Shown here: positions 26,107-35,473 of the stretch, in pieces
How positions within the stretch are numbered: position 1 is the first letter of the stretch
How the letters are laid out: every line of letters starts with the position of its first letter
Source: an uncultured bacterium
Lineage (GTDB): Bacteria; Latescibacterota; Latescibacteria; Latescibacterales; Latescibacteraceae
NCBI GenBank assembly: GCA_964400815.1
Contig: CAYNWJ010000004.1
Span: forward strand, 1-40,212
Reading direction: 5' to 3'
DNA length: 40,212 bases
Notes under the pieces: generated by a model
Databases searched by the model: none
The model's input: the letters and a program-made list of their open reading frames with translations, nothing else
Told to the model about the DNA's origin: nothing
Program-made: the position numbers and the translations under genes

Positions 26107-27888
26107 TCAGGTGCTGTTTCCGTCGCTCTCCCGTACAGTCAGACCCAGTTCGGCGAGCTGACGCCGCGAGACCCGAGAGGGGGTGCCGTCCATGAGAGAC
26201 ACGCCCTGGTTCGTTTTCGGGAACGCGATCACCTCGCGAATGGAACTCGCACCGCTCAGAAGCATGATGAAGCGGTCGAAACCGAAGGCCGCGCCGGCAT
26301 GCGGGGGTGCGCCGTATTTGAACGCCTCGAGCAGGAAACCGAACTTGTCACGGGCCTCCTCCTCCGAAATACCCAGCGCCCTGAAAACCCGCATCTGCAC
26401 GTCGCGGTCATGGATCCTGACCGAGCCGGAGACGATCTCGTGACCGTTGAGGACCCAGTCATAGGCGCGTGACCGCACCCGCAGCGGGTCGCTCTCCAGA
26501 TGGTCCAGGTCCTCCTCGAAGGGACTGGTGAAGGGATGGTGCATGGAGGCGATTTCCTTCGTCTCCTCGTCGCTCTCGAACATGGGAAACTCGGTGACGA
26601 AGAGCCCCTCGAACCGGTTTTCATCGATCAGACCCAGATCCTCGCCCAGTTTGAGCCGGACAGCGCCGAGGGTGCGGTTGACGATTGCGGGTTTGTCCGC
26701 CACGAAGATGAGGAGGTCGCCCGGTTCCGCCTGCATGCGTTCCACGAGGGCGTTCTGTATGGATTCGTCGAAGAATTTCACAATATTGGACTCGAGACCG
26801 TTTTCGGTCATCTTCATCCATGCCATGCCGCCCGCGCCCTGTTTCTGGGAAAAGGCGATGAGCGCATCGATCTTTCCCCGGGACATGGACGCGCCGTCCT
26901 TGACATTGATGGACTTGATGAGCCCGCCGCTCTCGACGATGCTCCGGAAGACCTTGAAACCGCAGTCCGCCATGATGTCGTTCACGATGACATGCTCGAG
27001 GCCGAAACGGGTGTCCGGCTTGTCGACGCCGTACCGGTCGATGGCTTCCCTGTAGGTGAGCCGCGGGAATTTCGGCCCGATGTCCATGCCCATCGCATCC
27101 CTGAATATGGCGCACACGAGCCCCTCGATGACACGGAACACGTCCTCCTCGTCCACGAAGCTCATCTCCAGGTCGATCTGGGTGAACTCGGGCTGACGAT
27201 CGCGCCGGAGGTCCTCGTCACGGAAGCACTTGGTGATCTGGAAATACTTGTCGAATCCCGCAACCATGAGCAGCTGTTTGTATATCTGCGGCGACTGGGG
27301 AAGCGCGTAGAACTCGCCGAAGGTCCTGCGGGAGGGTACGAGGAAATCCCGGGCCCCCTCGGGCGTGCTCTTCATGAGAAAGGGCGTCTCGATCTCCACG
27401 AAATTCTCGCCGAGAAGGTGGTTTCGGGTCACATTCGCCGCCTTCGAGCGCAGGATGAGATTGGACTGGATGTCCTCCCGCCTGAGATCGAGATACCGGT
27501 ATTTCAGCCTGAGCTCCTCGTTCACTTCGCGATACTCGTCGAGAGGGAACGGCGGCGTTTCCGCCTCGCTCAAAACGTCGAGCGTGTCACAGTCCACCTC
27601 GATCTCGCCGGTTGCGAGCTTCGGGTTCGCCATGCCCTCGGCGCGGGCGTTCACCGTACCGTGGACGGATATCACCCATTCCGGGCGGATGCGTTCCGCC
27701 ATGGTATGAGCCTCGGGATCGCGCTCGGGATCGAAAACCACCTGCGTGAGCCCCCAGCGGTCACGGAGATCCACGAAGATCAGGCCGCCGTGATCGCGCC
27801 GTCTGTGCACCCACCCCGAGAGGATCACGTCCTTCCCCACGTCGCTGATTCTCAATTCACCGTTGTTGTTCGTTCTTTTCAGTCGCAC
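26107..27888 (-). CDS. aspS: aspartate--tRNA ligase (bacterial type)
   Basis: Class II aaRS with an N-terminal OB fold and the GAD insertion. The track start at 27927 is TTG and overlaps hisS. The GTG at 27888 has GAGGTGG about 3 nt upstream (GAGG core 6 nt) and gives (M)RLKRTNNNGELR, the usual AspRS N-terminus. Confidence 0.93.
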   Translation of the reverse strand: MRLKRTNNNGELRISDVGKDVILSGWVHRRRDHGGLIFVDLRDRWGLTQVVFDPERDPEAHTMAERIRPEWVISVHGTVNARAEGMANPKLATGEIEVDCDTLDVLSEAETPPFPLDEYREVNEELRLKYRYLDLRREDIQSNLILRSKAANVTRNHLLGENFVEIETPFLMKSTPEGARDFLVPSRRTFGEFYALPQSPQIYKQLLMVAGFDKYFQITKCFRDEDLRRDRQPEFTQIDLEMSFVDEEDVFRVIEGLVCAIFRDAMGMDIGPKFPRLTYREAIDRYGVDKPDTRFGLEHVIVNDIMADCGFKVFRSIVESGGLIKSINVKDGASMSRGKIDALIAFSQKQGAGGMAWMKMTENGLESNIVKFFDESIQNALVERMQAEPGDLLIFVADKPAIVNRTLGAVRLKLGEDLGLIDENRFEGLFVTEFPMFESDEETKEIASMHHPFTSPFEEDLDHLESDPLRVRSRAYDWVLNGHEIVSGSVRIHDRDVQMRVFRALGISEEEARDKFGFLLEAFKYGAPPHAGAAFGFDRFIMLLSGASSIREVIAFPKTNQGVSLMDGTPSRVSRRQLAELGLTVRESDGNST

Positions 27889-27913
27889 CTGCCACCTCGT
27901 CGTGCTGTATGGT

Positions 27914-29194
27914 TCATTCGCTGTCAAGCATGTTCAGAAATGTATCGAAATCCGCCGTTGTCTGTTCGGAGGTCTCCATGTTCTTGTAGCTGACGTTGCC
28001 GTGATACTCGTTCGATTCGGGAATGAGTACATAGTCAGCGCCGCTCCGGTTCGCCGCCTTCATCTGCGATTTCATGCTGCGGCCGAGCGTGTCGGTCTCG
28101 GCAATGTGGCCGTTGTCGCGGATGAAACGGCACTGCCAATACGCAATCCCGAGAAGATCGGGCGAGGGAACGACGACGAATACCCGCTTACTGTCCCTGA
28201 GAATATCGAGGATACGATCTTTCATATCCTTTTTTTCCGACAGGGCCAGCACGAGCCTTTCCATGCCGCAGGCGAACCCTACGGCGGGCAGATCGGGCCC
28301 GCCCAGTTCGGAGACCAGACGGTCGTAGCGCCCGCCGCCCATGACGGCCGACTGTGCGCCGAGCACGTCCAGGTTCATCTCGTAGACGGTGCCGGTGTAG
28401 TAGTCCAGCCCCCTCACCAGGAACGGATCGAGCACATGGTCCACGCCGGCGTCATCGAGCGCCCGGCGGACCGTCTCGAAGTGCTCACGGTCCTCATCGG
28501 TCAGATACTCAACCGTTTTCGGCAGATCGTCAGAACCGCGGACGGCCTCACGGCAGCCCGGGACCTTGCAGTCGAGCACACGGAGGGGATTATTCGTGCG
28601 GCGCCGCGCGCAGTCATCGCATAGGCTGTCTGATACGGTTTCGAGGAAACCGTTCAGCGCCCGGCGATAAGCCTCGCGGCTTTCTTGCCCTCCCAGAGAG
28701 TTCAGTGATACCGTCCGCTGTGTGAGATCGAGTTCACGGACGATACGGTCGAACAGAACGATGGTTTCGGCGTCGATGTATGGCGACGGCGACCCGAAGG
28801 CCTCCACGCCGAACTGGTGGAACTGACGCTGGCGGCCCTTCTGCGGACGTTCCTGCCTGAACATGGGCCCCATGTACCAGAGTTTCTGCGGCAGACCGCG
28901 CTGGTCGAGCCGATGCTCGATGAACGCCCTGACCACTGACGCGGTCCCCTCGGGACGAAGGGTCAGGCTCCGGTCGCCCTTGTCGGTGAAGGTGTACATC
29001 TCCTTGCCGACGATGTCGGTGTCCTCGCCGATGGAACGGGCGAAGAGTCCCGTCTCCTCGAAGACCGGCGTGCGGATTTCATCGAAGCCGTACAGCACCA
29101 TGACACGGCGCACAACGGACTCGATACGCTGCCAGATTTCAATTTCCCCGGGAAGAATATCGACTGTCCCCCGGACCGCACGAATCTTTTCCAT
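27914..29194 (-). CDS. hisS: histidine--tRNA ligase
   Basis: 426 aa. MEKIRAVRGTVDILPGE..., class II motifs (FRQERPQKGRQRQFHQ) and a C-terminal anticodon-binding domain. Confidence 0.97.
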   Translation of the reverse strand: MEKIRAVRGTVDILPGEIEIWQRIESVVRRVMVLYGFDEIRTPVFEETGLFARSIGEDTDIVGKEMYTFTDKGDRSLTLRPEGTASVVRAFIEHRLDQRGLPQKLWYMGPMFRQERPQKGRQRQFHQFGVEAFGSPSPYIDAETIVLFDRIVRELDLTQRTVSLNSLGGQESREAYRRALNGFLETVSDSLCDDCARRRTNNPLRVLDCKVPGCREAVRGSDDLPKTVEYLTDEDREHFETVRRALDDAGVDHVLDPFLVRGLDYYTGTVYEMNLDVLGAQSAVMGGGRYDRLVSELGGPDLPAVGFACGMERLVLALSEKKDMKDRILDILRDSKRVFVVVPSPDLLGIAYWQCRFIRDNGHIAETDTLGRSMKSQMKAANRSGADYVLIPESNEYHGNVSYKNMETSEQTTADFDTFLNMLDSE

Positions 29195-29265
29195 GAAGTT
29201 TCACCTGAATATGGCGCCGGTCCAGCCGGCTGCGCCGTGTATATCAATTCCCGGATAAGTTAAAT

Positions 29266-29294
29266 AATATACTATTTCTTATTATCCCAGTCAA
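29266..29294 (-). promoter_or_regulatory. sigma-70-type promoter candidate for hisS-aspS
   Basis: On the minus strand: TTGACT (29294-29289), 17-nt spacer, TATATT (29271-29266). Confidence 0.4.
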
Positions 29295-29307
29295 GAATCA
29301 TTGCATG

Positions 29308-29450
29308 CTGACAATCCATCATTTTCCGGCAAACACATGTATTTCAATGGCTTTCAATTGCCGAACCGGGATTGGGGATTACGGGATGAACCGTGATTGC
29401 AATCCTGTCAATCCTTCAATCCCAACAATCATGGTTCAAGCGGTGTTCGG
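29308..29450 (-). repeat. promoter-upstream repeat element, copy C (upstream of hisS)
   Basis: CTGACAATCCATCATTTTCCGGC...GGGATGAACCGTGATTGCAATCCTGTCAATCCTTCAATCCCAACAATCATGGTTCAAGCGGTGTTCGG. A larger unit, 29308-29539, is bracketed by TCATTGC(A/G)TG (29298-29307 and 29540-29549). Confidence 0.85.
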
Positions 29451-29764
29451 ATGCATCCTGCATGAATTTTGGATATAACACCATAATTCATAGTATCATA
29501 ACTTTGAATTATACGGTGGATTGCCGGGGGGATAGCCGGTCATTGCGTGTAAACAAAATAATTGAACCTCGATCGGGAAATTCGCTTCCAATACGGCAAC
29601 AGCGGTTGTGATGACCGGTGCGCCGTTCGTATATTTGCCATGATGTATCGGAGGGCGCCTCCCGTTTCCAGTGAATATTCCAGCTTTCCTGTCGGTAATA
29701 TGTGTATGTTTGAGAAACAGAATGTGAAATACGCGCCCTCAGATGAATCGAAGGGAAGGTGTTG

Positions 29765-30706
29765 ATGATGGCAGATTACGCGATTCGGACCCATGGACTG
29801 ACGAAACGGTTCGCCAGGGTTACGGCGGTGGACGATCTGACGCTCGAAATACCGCGGGGGATCGTGTTCGCGTTTCTCGGGCCCAACGGCGCTGGGAAGA
29901 CCACCACGATCCATCTCCTGCTCGGCCTCCATGAAATTACTGCGGGCGGCGCCGAGGTGCTCGGATACGACCTGGAACGTGAGCCGGAAAAGGTGCGGGA
30001 CAATATCGGCGCCCTCCTCGAACACAACGGGCTCTACGAGCGCATGAGCGCGGAAGACAACCTGGAGCTGTACGGCCGTATCAACCGCCTGGACGTTCGA
30101 ACCAGAAAAGAGCGCATCCGCGACCTGCTCACGACATTCGGCCTCCGGGAACGCCGTAAAGACCGAGTCGGCACATGGAGCCGGGGCATGAAGCAGAAAC
30201 TCGCCGTGGCGCGCACGCTTCTCCACCGTCCGCCGCTCATATTCCTCGACGAGCCCACAGCCGGCCTCGACCCCGTGGCGGCGGCGGCCCTGCGCGATGA
30301 CCTGGCGAAGCTCGTCGCCGACGAGGGGCTCACGGTGTTCCTCACGACCCACAACCTGAGCGAGGCCGAAAAGCTCGCAAACCTGGTCGGTGTCATCAAC
30401 AAGGGCCGGCTGGTCACCGTCGGCTCTCCCGACGAACTCGGAAGCAGGAGGAACGGCGGCGAAGTGACCGTGCGGGGCACGGGCTTCACAGACGCGCTGC
30501 TCGATTCCCTCCGGACACGCGGCGGCGTGCGCTCGATCCGCCGCCGTGACGACGGCATCGGCATCGTTCTCGAGGAAGACGCATCAATGGCCCCGGTTGT
30601 CAGACACCTCGTCGAGAACGGCGCCGGCATCGAGGAAGTGAGACGGGAGAGGGAAAGCCTGGAGGAGGCCTTCCTGGCCATCATGGAGGAGAAAAATGAC
30701 GCATGA
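29765..30706 (+). CDS. ABC transporter ATP-binding protein (ABC-2/DrrA-like)
   Basis: Walker A is GPNGAGKTT and Walker B is IFLDEPTAGLD, with a signature-like WSRGMKQK. The track start is GTG at 29759. ATG at 29765 or 29768 follows AAGGGAAGG at a better spacing. Confidence 0.9.
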   Translation: MMADYAIRTHGLTKRFARVTAVDDLTLEIPRGIVFAFLGPNGAGKTTTIHLLLGLHEITAGGAEVLGYDLEREPEKVRDNIGALLEHNGLYERMSAEDNLELYGRINRLDVRTRKERIRDLLTTFGLRERRKDRVGTWSRGMKQKLAVARTLLHRPPLIFLDEPTAGLDPVAAAALRDDLAKLVADEGLTVFLTTHNLSEAEKLANLVGVINKGRLVTVGSPDELGSRRNGGEVTVRGTGFTDALLDSLRTRGGVRSIRRRDDGIGIVLEEDASMAPVVRHLVENGAGIEEVRRERESLEEAFLAIMEEKNDA

Positions 30707-31433
30707 CATACTGACAATCATCTGGAAGGAATACAACGAGTTCCTGCATCAGCGGGACAGCGCGCGAACCACGCTGCTCATGCTGCTCGTGCCCGCGGTC
30801 CTCATCGGCGTGCTGTTTCCTCTCCAGACGGGCGCCTCATGGGTGGAAACACCGGTGTCCATCATCTCGATGGCCTGGCTGCCCCTCATCCTGGTGATGA
30901 ACATGATCTCGGACGCCTTCGCGGGGGAGCGCGAGCGCCACACCATCGAGACCCTTCTCGCCACCCGCCTTCCCGACCGGGCCATACTTTTCGGCAAGAT
31001 GATCGCCGCCATGGGATATGCCCTTTCCATGACGGTGGTTGTCTTCCTGTTGGGAACGGCAACGGTTAATATCGTCCACGGTGACGGGACATTTCTCTTC
31101 TTTCCGCTGCGTTATATCGTGGTGAGCGCGGTCGTGTGCTTCCTCATGGCATGGTTCATGGCGGGCGCGGGCATGCTCGTGGCGGTGCGGGCGAAGACGG
31201 TGAAACAGGCCCACCAGATCTTGAGCTTCGGATTCATCGCCCTGTGGTTCATACCCATGATCCTCATCCAGATTTTTCCGAAGGAGACCGTACGGGCAGC
31301 CCTCGAACCACTCAAGGCGATCGGTCCGCGGAACGTCCTCATAGCCGCCGTTTCGTTCTTTTTCGTGCTGGACTGCGTGCTGACCCTGCTGGCGGTCAAA
31401 CGTTTCAAGAGGGAAAAGATGATCGGGGAATGA
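30696..31433 (+). CDS. ABC-2-type transporter permease
   Basis: 245 aa with about 6 TM helices. The start overlaps the ATPase 3' end by 11 nt and is preceded by GGAGGAG. Confidence 0.8.
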   Translation: MTHDILTIIWKEYNEFLHQRDSARTTLLMLLVPAVLIGVLFPLQTGASWVETPVSIISMAWLPLILVMNMISDAFAGERERHTIETLLATRLPDRAILFGKMIAAMGYALSMTVVVFLLGTATVNIVHGDGTFLFFPLRYIVVSAVVCFLMAWFMAGAGMLVAVRAKTVKQAHQILSFGFIALWFIPMILIQIFPKETVRAALEPLKAIGPRNVLIAAVSFFFVLDCVLTLLAVKRFKREKMIGE

Positions 31434-31474
31434 TGGTGTTCCCGATACGGGACACATACTCCTCACACGCATAC

Positions 31475-32437
31475 TCAGGAGTCATTCAGATCGTCCCTGT
31501 CAACATAGATGAACCGGTTCAGATTGCGGACATATTCGCTCCATGATTCTTCGCCGGAGGATTCCTCAACGATGCGTGAAAGGGCGTTGAGCTTGGAATC
31601 CAGCTCGTCGGCATAATACAGGGCGAAGCCCTCTGGGATCATGGGCTCCACCGGCGTGCTGAACTCACGGCGCCCCTGGTGACAGAGCATCAGGTGACTG
31701 AGCAGCATCCTGAGCTTCGGCGGGAACCCCTCGATACGGTCGCACATGTTGCGCACGAACCTCTCGCCGAGAATGATGTGCCCTTCGAGCCTGCCCTCGT
31801 CGGTATACTCGATCATGGTGGTCGCGGAATATTCCCGTATCTTTCCCACATCGTGCAGAAGCGCGCCCATGACCAGCAGGTCCCTGTTGAGCTCCGGGTG
31901 ACGCACGGCGATGTCCGCGCACAGCTCCGTCACCCCGACAGTATGCTCAAGAAGGCCTCCCAGATACGGGTGGTGCCATTTCTTGCCGCCGGGTGTCCGG
32001 GTGAATTCCGCCATGAACTGTTGATTGCCGAAGATTTCATCCCCCAGCCGTGAGAGATGTGAATCGCCGATCGACGCCACGATTTCCCTGAGCCGTTTCG
32101 TCAGGTCGTCAATATCCCGTGGTGTGGAGGGTATGAAGGATTCCGCATCGAACTCACCGCTTTTCGCCTCCCTGATCTGAATAACACGGACCTGGGGCTT
32201 GTCGCGATAGCTTCCGAGCCGGCCCTTGACCTTCACGACCGCTCCCCTGGCAAGCGTTTCCGCCGCCTCCCGGGGATCGTCCCAGATCACCCCAGGCAGT
32301 GCTCCGGTGCTGTCGGCGATCTCGATATCGAGCCTGATACCGCCGTCGAATTCCTTCAGTTCGCAGCGGCGGAGGGCATAGAAGCCGACGAATTCTTCGC
32401 CGGCGGCGAGTGAGTCGATCGTGGGATGGTCAGCCAT
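31475..32437 (-). CDS. YhaM-like 3'-5' exoribonuclease (OB-fold + HD domain)
   Basis: 320 aa. N-terminal OB fold (GALPGVIWDD...VVKVKGRLGSYRDKPQV), then HD motifs HHPYLGGLLEHT and LLHDVGK. Confidence 0.85.
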   Translation of the reverse strand: MADHPTIDSLAAGEEFVGFYALRRCELKEFDGGIRLDIEIADSTGALPGVIWDDPREAAETLARGAVVKVKGRLGSYRDKPQVRVIQIREAKSGEFDAESFIPSTPRDIDDLTKRLREIVASIGDSHLSRLGDEIFGNQQFMAEFTRTPGGKKWHHPYLGGLLEHTVGVTELCADIAVRHPELNRDLLVMGALLHDVGKIREYSATTMIEYTDEGRLEGHIILGERFVRNMCDRIEGFPPKLRMLLSHLMLCHQGRREFSTPVEPMIPEGFALYYADELDSKLNALSRIVEESSGEESWSEYVRNLNRFIYVDRDDLNDS

Positions 32438-33014
32438 GTCCAGTCCTGATGGTTTCGGTTTCCGTTACAATGATGTCGAGTTTCCTGTCATGTGGCGCGA
32501 TGGGGACCGCGGGAACCTCCTGAAAGGAATATGCCAGGCCGACCGCCCTGCACCGGCAATCCCCGAGCAGCGTGTCGTAGTATCCACCCCCGAAACCGAG
32601 ACGGCCGCCATTCCTGTCGAAGGCCAGAAGAGGCGCGAGCACGATGTCGAAACGGGCGGCGGGAACTTCGCGCACAGGATCGCCGTCCGGCTCCATGAGG
32701 CCGAAACGCCCCGGCAACAGCTCATCGAGAGATTCGATCCTCTGGTTGGTGAGCCGGCATGTGCCCGGAACGCATTTCGGCACCACCACGACAACATCCC
32801 GGTCGAGAAGGTGGTATATCACTCCCAGCGTGTCCACCTCGTTGTTGACCGAGGAGACATAGGTGTGAACGACCCGTGCATTCCTGAATTCCGGCAGGTC
32901 GAAAAGCCGTTCGGCGATACCGGAACACCAGCGTCGATAGTCCCGGAAGTCGACGGCGTCACGCTCTGCGCGCATGCGTGCGCGAAGGATTTTTTTCTGT
33001 TCCCTGCAATCCAT
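32430..33014 (-). CDS. 5-formyltetrahydrofolate cyclo-ligase
   Basis: 194 aa. KKILRARMRAERDAV at the N-terminus and GFGGGYYD near the C-terminus. The stop overlaps the downstream start by 8 nt. Confidence 0.85.
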   Translation of the reverse strand: MDCREQKKILRARMRAERDAVDFRDYRRWCSGIAERLFDLPEFRNARVVHTYVSSVNNEVDTLGVIYHLLDRDVVVVVPKCVPGTCRLTNQRIESLDELLPGRFGLMEPDGDPVREVPAARFDIVLAPLLAFDRNGGRLGFGGGYYDTLLGDCRCRAVGLAYSFQEVPAVPIAPHDRKLDIIVTETETIRTGHG

Positions 33015-33161
33015 GCACGTTCCCCGTGTGTAATGAACGGCCGGTCCGGTCCGAAAAACGATCGGTCCAATGAATCAACACATACAATATATAGCCGGGA
33101 TCATCCGCTTCACAAAGTGGAATATATTTGGTGAAATGTACGCTCCACAAGCAATTATCTG

Positions 33162-33190
33162 TTGCCTTTTCAGCGCCTGTTTTTTATATT
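33162..33190 (+). promoter_or_regulatory. sigma-70-type promoter candidate for the tRNA pair
   Basis: TTGCCT (33162-67), 17-nt spacer, TATATT (33185-90). The tRNA 5' end is 14 nt downstream. Confidence 0.4.
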
Positions 33191-33203
33191 GTCATGTCTG
33201 AGG

Positions 33204-33279
33204 GGGCCCTTAGCTCAGTGGTTAGAGCCACCGGCTCATAACCGGTTGGTCCAAGGTTCAAGTCCTTGAGGGCCCACCA
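33204..33279 (+). tRNA. tRNA with CAT anticodon, most likely tRNA-Ile2 (lysidine-dependent)
   Basis: I folded the cloverleaf by hand. Acceptor GGGCCCT/AGGGCCC, anticodon loop CTCATAA (CAT at 33237-39), T-loop TTCAAGT and an encoded CCA. It is very close to E. coli ileX (GGCCCCTTAGCTCAGTGGTTAGAGC...TTGGTC...GGTTCAAGTCC), including the C4:G69 and C5:G68 pairs. Confidence 0.9.
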
Positions 33280-33354
33280 GTTATGAAAAGACTCAATGGT
33301 TTCAGAAATGACACGGGGAACTCCCCGCGACACACATGCATTCGTTTCAGCAGT

Positions 33355-33431
33355 GGGCGATTAGCTCAGCTGGTTAGAGTGCGGCGCTCACATCGCCGAG
33401 GTCACTGGTTCGACTCCAGTATCGCCCACCA
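33355..33431 (+). tRNA. tRNA-Val (CAC)
   Basis: Acceptor GGGCGAT/ATCGCCC, anticodon stem CGGCG/CGCCG, loop CTCACAT (CAC at 33389-91), T-loop TTCGACT and an encoded CCA. Confidence 0.93.
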
Positions 33432-33546
33432 TACTCCCCTGATCGAGGAGCTGCATGACAGAAGCGACACGAATTCGAGGGCATCTGATCATCTGTTATT
33501 CCGCGACGCAAGCGGCGGATAGATTAAAAATCTGCGAAATCACCGG

Positions 33547-33579
33547 GGTGCACGGCAAATACTGCTGATGCACCTTTTT
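33547..33579 (+). terminator. intrinsic terminator after the tRNA pair
   Basis: GGTGCA(33547-52)/TGCACC(33569-74) followed by TTTTT. It overlaps the track's over-extended Nif3 start, which supports the ATG at 33601. Confidence 0.45.
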
Positions 33580-33600
33580 CATTGCCGCCCGGGAAAGACT

Positions 33601-34713
33601 ATGACACGTATCCGCGACATCGTGAAAATCATGGAAGACTGGGCGCCGCAGGTTCTCGCCGAAGACTGGGACAATGTCGGGCTGATCACGGGCGATCCCG
33701 AATCACCGGTCGAACGGGTGGTCGTGACCCTCGAGGCAACGCCGCAAACGCTGGCGTCGGCGCTGGAAAACGGCGCCCGGATGCTGATAACCCACCATCC
33801 CCCCGTCTTCAAACCGCTCAGGAAATTCACGGGAACATCTGTCGCCGCCGCACTTCTCCGCGAAGCCATCAAAAACGACCTGGCCATCTTTACCGCGCAC
33901 ACCAATCTGGACCGTGCGCCCGACGGTGTGTGCGGCGCGCTTGCGAAACTGATCGATCTCGAAAACACGTCGATCCTCGTTCCCTCCGGTTCGGATACGC
34001 TCAAGTTCGTGACCTACTGCCCTCCGGAGTATACCGATGCAATCCGTGACGCCGCCGGCGCTGCGGGAGCGGGCGCAATCGGCGAATACAGCGCATGCTC
34101 ATTCACATCGACAGGCACGGGAACCTTCATACCCTCGAACCGTGCGCGGCCCCACAGCGGTTCGCGGGGGAAGCTCTCCCGGAAACCCGAAGAGCGGCTG
34201 GAGATGATCATTCCATCCGCGCTCGCTCCTTCGGTGATCGCCGCCGCGCGGCTGGCGCATCCCTACGATGAAATGGCATATGATCTCGTCCGGCTCGACA
34301 ATCCCGACAGCACGTTCGGTTATGGCGCAGTCGGAGACCTCCGCGAACCGATGGACGCCGACGCTTTCATAGCGTACGCCGGAGACACTCTCGGCGTGTC
34401 ATCACTCAGCCATTCGCCGGTCGTGTCCGGGACGATTTCCCGGGTCGCGGTTCTGGGCGGCAAAGGCGCTTTCGGAACAGGTCAAGCCATTCGCTCCGGG
34501 GCCGACGTTTTTATCACGGGTGAGATCGGACATCACGATTTTCTCGATCACGGAGGAGATATTCTGCTGATCGATGCTGGCCACCGCGAAACCGAGCTTC
34601 CCGTTCTCGAATCCATACGTTCCCGCCTGATGAAGGGCCTCCCCCGCGGAGACGTGGACATAGTCATCGACAGGGGCGGCCCGACGCGCATGTTCAGATC
34701 ATTCAAAAGTTAA
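33601..34713 (+). CDS. Nif3-family dinuclear-metal-centre protein (YqfO/YbgI-like, with inserted PII-like domain)
   Basis: MTRIRDIVKIMEDWAP...AEDWDNVGL..., LITHHPPVFKPL and a C-terminal ITGEIGHHD. Confidence 0.9.
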   Translation: MTRIRDIVKIMEDWAPQVLAEDWDNVGLITGDPESPVERVVVTLEATPQTLASALENGARMLITHHPPVFKPLRKFTGTSVAAALLREAIKNDLAIFTAHTNLDRAPDGVCGALAKLIDLENTSILVPSGSDTLKFVTYCPPEYTDAIRDAAGAAGAGAIGEYSACSFTSTGTGTFIPSNRARPHSGSRGKLSRKPEERLEMIIPSALAPSVIAAARLAHPYDEMAYDLVRLDNPDSTFGYGAVGDLREPMDADAFIAYAGDTLGVSSLSHSPVVSGTISRVAVLGGKGAFGTGQAIRSGADVFITGEIGHHDFLDHGGDILLIDAGHRETELPVLESIRSRLMKGLPRGDVDIVIDRGGPTRMFRSFKS

Positions 34714-34750
34714 TTTCACGCATCAAGATACACTTCCATGGAGGATGTTT

Positions 34751-35473
34751 ATGAAAGAGACGATGATGAAGCTTCTCCGGGCCCAGGAAATCGACCTGGA
34801 GATCGATTCGCTCGAAAAATCCAGGAAGGATTACCCCAAACAGATCGAGACGCTGAAAAACGAACTCGGCGAAATCGAAGCACGCCTTGGTGAAATCGAA
34901 GACACGATCCTCGATAACAAGAAGAAACGCATGATGATCGAGGAGGAGATCGCCGCCGAGCAGGAGACACTGAAGAAAAAGGAAAAGCGGCTCCTCGAAA
35001 CCAAGACCAACAAGGAATATACCGCCGTTCAACACGAAATCGAGGCCGCCAGGGAAAAAATCGACAACCTCGAAACCGAAGACCTGGAATTCATGACCGA
35101 GATCGACGAGCTCGAACCGAAAAAGGAAGAGCTCGAGAAGGAACTGGCGGAAAAGAGGGAACACAATACCGCGGAGATCGAAGAAATCACCGAAAAGTTC
35201 AATTCGATAGAATCAGACATTGCCACACTCGACCGTCAGCGCAAGGAGCAGATGAAAGACGTTACGGGCCGTCCGTTGAGCGTCTATGACCGGCTGAGAA
35301 AAGGCAAGAGCGGCATAGCCATATCGACCGTGGACCACCGTAAGCATTCATGCCGGGGCTGTTTCAAACAGCTGCCGCCCCAGAAGGTCCTCGAGGTACG
35401 GCGCGGCGAAAAGCTCATTTTCTGTGAGTCGTGCGGCAGACTGCTCGTGTGGGATGATCGCGAGCAGGATTGA
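34751..35473 (+). CDS. DUF164/COG1579 coiled-coil protein with C-terminal C4 zinc ribbon
   Basis: The ATG at 34751 lies 6 nt after GGAGG; the track ATG at 34745 abuts the SD. Long coiled coil, then CRGC...CESC. This is the conserved partner downstream of Nif3. Confidence 0.85.
   Translation: MKETMMKLLRAQEIDLEIDSLEKSRKDYPKQIETLKNELGEIEARLGEIEDTILDNKKKRMMIEEEIAAEQETLKKKEKRLLETKTNKEYTAVQHEIEAAREKIDNLETEDLEFMTEIDELEPKKEELEKELAEKREHNTAEIEEITEKFNSIESDIATLDRQRKEQMKDVTGRPLSVYDRLRKGKSGIAISTVDHRKHSCRGCFKQLPPQKVLEVRRGEKLIFCESCGRLLVWDDREQD

Noticed and set aside
29393-29765. Track ORFs 29393..29611 and 29562..29765 in the hisS / ABC-transporter intergenic region
   Set aside because: The first overlaps the repeat element and AT-rich promoter DNA. 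Neither has an SD or protein-like composition. The region is better explained as regulatory or repeat sequence.
33015-33161. Possible 6S RNA (ssrS) upstream of the 5-formyl-THF cyclo-ligase gene, as in the ssrS-ygfA linkage of Proteobacteria
   Set aside because: Only about 145 nt are available once the divergent tRNA promoter is accounted for. I could not find the long imperfect end-to-end duplex with a central bubble; GGACCG repeats occur on one strand without partners.
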